Source: Tubiluchus corallicola
Taxonomy: Eukaryota > Animalia > Priapulida
Reading direction: 5' to 3'
Assembly: GCA_030141605.1 (NCBI GenBank)
Contig: JAQGDQ010000170.1
Span: 1 to 64,000 of the forward strand
DNA: 64,000 nucleotides
The notes under the pieces were generated by a model. It ran no database searches. It was not told the origin of the DNA and was given only the letters and a program-made list of their open reading frames with translations. This document shows, in pieces, positions 56,366 to 64,000 of this stretch (its first letter is position 1; every line of letters begins with the position of its first letter). The position numbers and the translations under genes were made by a program.

Positions 56366-59300
56366 ATGTCATCACGAGGTCGGTCTCAATTAAAATCAAC
56401 TTCCAGAGCAAAAAACGTAAGCTAGCATATAGATAATAATATTATAGCTAAATACCTGCATCAGATGCTAGATACACCAGGTACTATAGCTAGTGAAGAA
56501 TAGTATCTTTAAGTACTTATCGCTGTCGTAAAATATGGCCATGACGAGTAACGACTTTGCAGTTGTGGATTTCAATTTTAACTATAATAATACTATAAAT
56601 ATGAAAAATCGATATTCTGTTAAGTCTGGCCAAAATTTAAAGTTGCGGAGCATGCTTAATTCGGTCTGAATCGAAATGATGTTAATTAGTTGCGTTATAA
56701 ACAATAAATTTTGGCAACGGGATGGAAAATAACCAAGAATTTTCTATTTTTTAAACGGATCTTTTTACTATCGTAGCATCTGTATGCAGGTATCTAGTAG
56801 TAGTACTTTGAAGGGAGCATTAATATTGTTGATATATTTATAGAGAAACAGGAGAGTTTGATAATCTGTGTGGGCTTCTAGTATCGGGATTTTCGTGGAG
56901 TTTCTTAAAGAGGTGGCAGAATATTTACTTGTATTGTGAGATGATTTCAAAGAATGGCCATTAACTAATCGTAAAGCGTAGTTTTGAAGTACATTTAACT
57001 TGATGTATGAGTCTCTTTTCACTTTTTGGTACAGTATGCAGGCATATATATAATGGGGCAAAATTAAAGTTTTGTAAATGAGAATTTTTGTTTGTTTTCA
57101 TAGCTATCCTCTGATTTGTCGATGGTACGAAGTACTTAATGCCATTTTTTTATAAATGTTGATGAACTGCTCTTCCCATGTAAGCATGTTGTCCAACTTA
57201 ACACCCAAGAAATTAACAACTTTTGACTGCACGATAACATCATTTTCTATTTGCAGGGATATAGCAGCTGTATTTTCAGTATTGTTAATTGTTGGGGATA
57301 ATACCATAAATTCTGTTTTGTCACTATTCATTTTTAGCTTGTAATACTTAAATGCCATGTTGATATTCTTTATGTCTTTTTCTAAGTACTGTTTTGCAAT
57401 GCTGATATTCTCGTGAGCCAGATAAATAGTCGTGTCGTCTGCATATTGCATAATACTTGAATGTTGTAGAACGTTAGAAATATTGTTGATGTAAAGGTTG
57501 AACAGTAGAGGTCCCAACAGCGTGCCCTGTGGGATACCTCGTTGAAGGTTAGCCCAATCTGGGAATGTTGTAGAGTTTATTTTAACCTGCTGCTTTCTAT
57601 TTTGTAGGTAATCATTAATTAATTTTAATGCTGATTGTTCAAATCCAAGTTCTTTCAAATTATCTAATAGTAGTGTGTGATTTAAACTGTCGAAAGCTTT
57701 ACTTAAATCTAGAAAAGCTGCTGCCACATATTTGTTTTTATCAAGATTATCTCGCCAGTTTTCAGTTACGTTTATTATAGCATCCACAGTTGAATGTTTT
57801 TTTCTAAATCCGAATTGATGTTTCGATAAGAGTTCATTTTGATTGACATATGTAATAATTTGATCTTAGATTACTCTTTCCCAAATTTTACTCATACAAT
57901 GAACTATTGATACTGGTCTGTAATTTATTGGATCATCTTTAGCATTCTTTTTGTGGATTGGTGTAATATTAGCTGTTTTGCATTGATCAGGAAATTTGCC
58001 ACGCATTATTATTTGGTTAGTGATATAGGTTATATGTGGAGCAATCAAATGCATACTGTCCTTTAGAATTTTTATTGGTATGTCAGATGTGCCACTACCT
58101 TTATTGGCATCTAAATTATTTATTATTTTTAAAATGTCAGCAAAAGTAACACTGGAGAATGAAAATTGGTTATTTGCAGCAGGTCCTACAGTTTTTAGTT
58201 TGTCTTTTATGGTATCAGTATAATCAGTCTGCAAATTAAAGTTTCCGAGGTTAACAAACGTCTCATTTAACAAATTTGCGTATCTTTGGGTTTCGTTATT
58301 GCGGTATTGTTGATTTTAAGTTCATGTAACCTATTTTGTTTATTTTTATGTTTATTTATAACATTGTTGATCACTGTCCATTTTTGTTTTGTAGTGGAGG
58401 CACTACTGCATTGTTTTTGAATATATCTGTTTTTTAGAATTTTATTAAGATTGTTGAATTTGTTTCTAGCTTTCTTGTACTTTATGTGGTCATTTTTAGA
58501 TTTAGTGTTAAGCCATATATAAGTTATTTTTATTATTTCTTAAATCATTAAGTTCAACATTTGTCCAATTACTTTCACAATTAAGCTTTGATTTGATGTT
58601 CAATTCTTTAACTTTTTTGAAAGGTGCATGAAGATCTAAGCAGTATTGGATATTGTTTATTAAAATGTCTACTTGAGTGTTTATATTTGTTGTAAGGTAT
58701 ATCTCGCTCCAGTTCATTTTAGCTAAGTCATTTAAAAAGTATGTCTCATTATAGTGTGTGAAATCTCTGAAACTTTTCCAACACGAATTATGATTTGCTG
58801 CATTAAAGTGGAATAATTTATCAGCAGTAATTATAAAATTGTGATCTGAATATTCACAAGGTATACTGTCATGAGCTATAAATTTGCAAGGGTTATTAGT
58901 AACAAAATGATCGATTAATGTAAAAGTCGTTTTATTGCACCTTGTTGGTTTATCTATAGCTACAAAGTAGGTAGTACAGTATAGTTAGAAAAAATTAAAA
59001 TATTTAATATTCTAGAGTCTAGACAGATAGACATCTAGATGCTAGGTTAGTAAAAAGCGTGGTTTAGAAAAAGAAAAATTTTTGGTTATTTTCAGTCCTG
59101 CTGCTAAAATTTATTGTTCATAAATTTCGGCCAGAATCCACAGCCAATAGATCTTTCATATGTATGATATCGTTTTAGTCACCATTTGCGACAGAATTCT
59201 GCAACTGTAAGGGTCTATTTGTTAGGAATTCTGCAACTTGTTGCGGCCATATTAAACGACAGTACGCGATAAGTATAAGTACTTAAAGACACTATTATTC

Positions 59301-62300
59301 AATTAATATTCAGATATAAAAAGATCTATAATATTTATTCAAGTAATATTTCTACGATAATATTATTAATTTGTGAATTTGTGTTCATATTATTTTCATG
59401 TTTGTTATACAGTTAAAAAAGGCGTCATCGCAAACTAGACGGTCCCCATCACTACTTAGGCCAAAAAACGTAAGTTTATAGGTAGTCCAGAATGTATCAT
59501 TACAGAACAGCGTTCCCTCGCTACTTCGCGGTTCGTTTATCGCGGACTCGCTGTTTCGCGGGTTTTCAAAGAATATTATAAATCATAAGAAATTACCATT
59601 TACAGTAAATAGTGTATTTATTCGGCGTATGAATACACACCAAAAACGAAATGTAGAACTTGCGCCTGCTTTAGATGCTACTTGCCGACGTGAGTTGTAC
59701 ACAACACACGATTGGTTGATTGATGGAAAGTGACCAACCAGAGAATGCTGCTCTGTATCCCAGTCGCTGATTGGCTCAGGTACCGTGCAATTTGTTTTCT
59801 TGTACGCTATTTGTGAAATTTTAGTTAGACACTGAATTTATTCAAGCCTACGATGCCACCCAAAACGTTCTGCAACTTCTACGGTTTCTGGCAGCGAACC
59901 TAAACGCGTCCCTACTTCGCGGAAATTCACTTATCACGGGCGGGCCCGGAACGGAACACGCGCGATAAGTGAGGGAACACTGTATATCTAAAAATTTTGT
60001 AGATTTATCTTAGCTTTGAAATGCCTTTTCCTGTTACTGTTTTTTACTGCTTGTATTTTGCATGCATCGAGTATCTTGCCACAGCAGGCAAAGATATATA
60101 GGTAAGCACTTTAATTTGATGAAATTTAAAGCTTCTTTTTATAAATGCAGTCAAACCTCGTCATAATGCTTCACTTTATAGTGCCAGTCTCGCTTAATGC
60201 CAATATTTTTTTAGCAAAACAAAATAATCTGCATTTCATAACCATGTATACGTTCATCTAAATGTATTTTATTGTTCAACATGCTGAGAGTTTAAATGAT
60301 ATTGTGCGCGATACAAATAAATTTTAAGTTACACATTACTGCATCTGGCTATGATGCCAAATTCACTGTAATGCCCACATTTCTCAATCCCAAGGTAAAC
60401 AGTAAAAAGAGGTTTGATTGTGAGCAATTAAATTTTCAAGCACGGCTGCCTATGTCCAAGAAACGAGAAAGGGTTTTGCGGAAAATTGGAAAAATCAGAC
60501 CACCAAGCAACTGAGAAGCTTATACATGTCATCAAAACGTCCAAACTTTGTAGGCAATCCACGTAGTTTAACTTTGGACTCCCTGAACATGAAAATCACA
60601 AACTTCAAATAATTTAGAACTCTGCAGTCCGTCTCATTACGAAAACTGGAAAACATGATCATTTTACACCCATTCTAGGATTGTTACTTCGGTTGCCGAT
60701 AAAGCTCCGAATTTAATTTAAAATTCTTTGTATCACCTAAAAATACTACATGGTTTAGGACCTACATATCTTACCGATCTTTTAGTGCGCTATAACATAG
60801 ACTAAACACTTCGTTCTAATGCTAACGAACAAATTAATTTACATCGGCCAATTCCCAATACAGTATCCTATGGTGAAAAAACCATTTCTGTGTATACGGC
60901 GTACCCCTGGAATAACTTGCTGTACATTGTACATATTCATTCATTAGATTGTTTTAAACAACATCTTAAAACACATTTGTTTAAATTGTACTTATTATAA
61001 ATTGATAAATTATTTTTAATTTTTAATGTCTTTCAAGTTTTATGTTTCTTACGAAGTTTAAATGTATTTTATTGTTCAGCATGTTGAGATTTTAAATGAT
61101 GTTGTGCGCTATATAAGTAAATTTTAAATTACAGTACATTTTGTAGATACATTGTCAGTTGTCACACTTTTTGTTTCAGTTGGTTCAATCACGCACTTTT
61201 TGTATAAATGATTATGATACAAAGAAGAGCATTAACGGAAGCTTACTACCTACCGCCTTGTTTATGTCAAACGTTTCCCAGTTAAAGGTGATGAAACTAA
61301 ATATTTCCGGGCTTATTAATTCAAAGATATTTTTCAAAGAAAGGCAGGATGATTTTTCATATACTACCCCATTTTCAACTCCGATAAAAGCATACATTTT
61401 AACCCGATTAATACTGCAAAAGCGTTTCTGGTAATTAAATTATAGATTAAAAACTTAATTAATGGCGGGCGAGCCCAACTATTGATGACATCACAAACTA
61501 ATGTAATTTTCAACAGCAAAAATATTCCACGAGCGTGTTGCACGTGTTTACGAAAGTGAAAATTGAAATACAGTCCTACTGCAAGATATTCAGTATGTTG
61601 TACTAAAACTAGGCAAGTTCTAAGATGAAAATTCAAATTTCAAATTTACTGCTCACGCATGAGTGAACATAGAACTAGTCGCGCGAATGTGAAACTGTGT
61701 TTGTGTGGTAATGATTCTTCCACGTAAGTCATTTTTGAAAAAACTGCATGTTTCCTATTTATGAACTTTTTTAGAAAAGTTTGCGCAGTGTACAGTAAAA
61801 TAGACATAGCTGACCTAGGGGTGAATCGAATCAAGTTTGTTACTTTTCAGCTTGAATCAAGCCGAATTTCGAATCCGAATTCAATTTTAAATACTTTCGA
61901 ATACTATGAAATTTTCCAATCGATAATTAAAAGCGATCTCACAAAAATCATGCATATTAAATGATTTGTTTTGCAGTAAGAGCACTAATAATTATTTATT
62001 TCAAAATTCTGTATGGTAAATTGTGCTTATTGGCTGCATGATATTTCGTATTTTTTTCTTTTAATGATAAACAACGTATGTAGCTGCAGTGCTGAAGTAT
62101 TCGACAATTTTAGTTTCGAATCGAATTCCAATTCGAACATCCGATGTTCATGCGTATACTAGCAGTATATTATGATTTGGTACTGCACAAGGCATTGTAT
62201 ATAGCAATGGCTGAAAAAGAAGTGCGCCTTCAAAGGGTAAAAGTTAATTGTTCTTTACAGGTATTAATGAATCATGGGTCATCGTACCACTATTACACAC

Positions 62301-62521
62301 TCATGATGTGTTGCGTCTGTCTTTCCATGGTTCTTCAAATCGTATGCGGCACATTGTCTGCTTATATAGCCTCAATTGACATGTACAAGCAGAAGAATCA
62401 AGTAAAGATGCAAAGGTTAAACAACTTAACTTCTGTGGTAGTTTACCTTATTACTGCCTTGAATACATTCATTGGAGGTTTTGGGATGCCATACTCGGTC
62501 TCGGTCTTGGATAAAAAGTAA
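56366..62521 (+). CDS. Ninjurin family protein, about 158 aa
   Basis: Confident exons 61180-61287 (NDYDTKKS...ALFMSNVSQLK) and 62261-62521 (two hydrophobic helices, LNNL...NTFIGGFG). Phase-0 upstream exons 56366-56416 and 59413-59469 are plausible but less certain. Confidence 0.85.
56497..59300. mobile_element. Foldback MITE split near its centre by a LINE insertion
   Basis: 56497-56760 and 59055-59300 are inverted repeats (aatagtatctttaagtacttat / ataagtacttaaagacactatt; ctggccaaaattta / taaatttcggccag). Confidence 0.65.
56775..58960 (-). mobile_element. Inactive CR1/L2-group LINE ORF2 (endonuclease end plus reverse transcriptase)
   Basis: PTR...LIDH...SDH endonuclease end; YRPVS, FLDLSKAFD, GIPQGTLLGPLLFNLYIN, QYADDT, FLGVKLD; broken by stops and frameshifts. 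Confidence 0.93.
59508..59982 (+). mobile_element. pogo/Tigger-like MITE, third copy
   Basis: CAGCGTTCCCTC ... GAGGGAACACTG|ta. Confidence 0.82.
60480..61135 (+). mobile_element. Decayed L2-type LINE 3' end; tail sequence also present at 60258-60332
   Basis: Translation NSAVRLIT...HDHFTPIL...LPI...FKIL...LHGLGPTYLTDLL...FKQHLKTHLF. Confidence 0.75.
61335..61770 (-). mobile_element. Kolobok-like MITE fragment
   Basis: Reverse-complement match to 55205-55818. Confidence 0.75.
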
Positions 62522-64000
62522 TTCACAATTTTTTGTTTTTAAGCTGTTCTGTCTTTTTTTTAAATTGGATGATAAAGAAAAAAGTACCTTTATATTGTCT
62601 TTGTTGATTTTTAACTTTTGTTGACTTTTTATTCAGTTTACATTGTGTACTGAGTCACTATTCCTCAGCACAATTACACAACATTATGAAATAATACAAA
62701 TGTGTTGATATTTTCGACGAAAGTGTGTTCTACTTTGCAGATGTAGTTTTCAGCTAGGAACTGTATACACTCGATTGCAGTACTGCATTGTAACTTCTAG
62801 TCAGCGATGGCATACACTACAGCTTAATAAAGAAATGATTATTATTTTTAATTCTGTAAAACAGTAGGGGCCGAGCATAGCATTTACAGCTAGATCAGTA
62901 GAACGTTTGAGTCAAATTAAACTCCTATTATTACGTCAGTTTAATTGCATGATGATTGAAACAATGTTTGCCACAATTATTAGTTTCTGCATCTTTGAAA
63001 TGTATCAGTTTTAGCAGATATATAAAATTAACGATCTTTAAAATTGAATGGTAAAAATCTTCAAGGCATCAGATGTTTCAGAAATATTTTTTGTCAAGAA
63101 CACAATGTGTGGATATAATTCATGGTGGTGTTATAAGCATCGGCTGAAACATATGTATCCTACTATAGGTCATATGACTGATTCACATTAAATTAAGAGT
63201 CAATGGTAACGGTTTCACAAAAATTTATTTCGTTTGTCTCTTTCATATTTTTTCAATTAATTTGCTTATAATCCTCATCCCTTTTCAAGTATAAATATTT
63301 TTCCTTATTAGTGCGGCAGAAAGCAGGTCAATAACAACAATATTTATTTTTTTGCTTCCATTTTCCGAATTTGGATTAAGAAACGTAAATTGTGTTAACC
63401 TAATCGCATTCAAATGTGGAGCCACCAGTCGCTGCACTATGCTGTCTCTAAACGTCGGCCACGAAGAAAAAGCAGCTATCGGCGCAAGAAGATTTCTTTC
63501 ACTGCTAAGTTAATTGTTGCCTGAAGAAGACGGAAAGGCGAGAACGCGGACTTGAAGTTCAAAAACTGAGAAATAAGAATTCAAAATTAAATTATTAGCA
63601 CAAAAGTGATACAAAAATAAGGTTTTAATATGAGAGTCTAGGGAAAAGCAGCTAACGTGACGAAGAGTAATACTAGTAGCGAGTTTTACTAGTGTGACTG
63701 GTGGGTACCGGCCTGAGTACTTCGAAATTATTCTCATCAACTTACCGAGTTCACTTTTCTTTAGCCTGAATTAGCTAGAGATTAGCCTTATGCATTTATT
63801 AAAAGTTACTAATTAAGGTATTTATTATTAGTATGAGTTATTAAAGGTTTTTGATCCTGAGAGGGCATTTTGGCCTCGTTGTTTGAATGAGAGTAATGAC
63901 ACCTCATACCGGCAAAGTTGTATGCACATTGGATAATTTCGGTTGTTAGTTAAACACATTTATCACTTAGGTGATTCCTCGCTTCAGATTATTTTTGTTT

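Overview
AT-rich, intron-containing animal (probably invertebrate) genomic DNA, not prokaryotic. Most ORF-track entries are exon fragments, repeats or noise. Manual splice reconstruction (GT-AG, phase-consistent) gives four genes: ferrochelatase FECH (minus, 10 coding exons, 410 aa), a secreted acetylcholine-binding-protein-like Cys-loop ligand-binding domain with no visible transmembrane region (minus, 5 exons), BLOC1S6/pallidin (minus, 4 coding exons, 281 aa) and a ninjurin (plus, about 158 aa). There is also an orphan terminal exon (2208-2449) encoding a prepropeptide that would release an amidated 22-aa four-cysteine helix-hairpin toxin-like peptide. The rest is MITEs (Kolobok-, pogo-, hAT- and Harbinger-like), LINE fragments and many local tandem duplications. 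Best leads: the toxin-like peptide, the soluble AChBP-like protein with an altered aromatic box, a TSD-flanked RTE-derived short element carrying a twister-ribozyme-like 5' end, two facing LINE fragments each converted into an in-frame minisatellite, and a duplicated stop-introducing splice acceptor in FECH. Family assignments rest on motifs recalled from memory; no database search was run.
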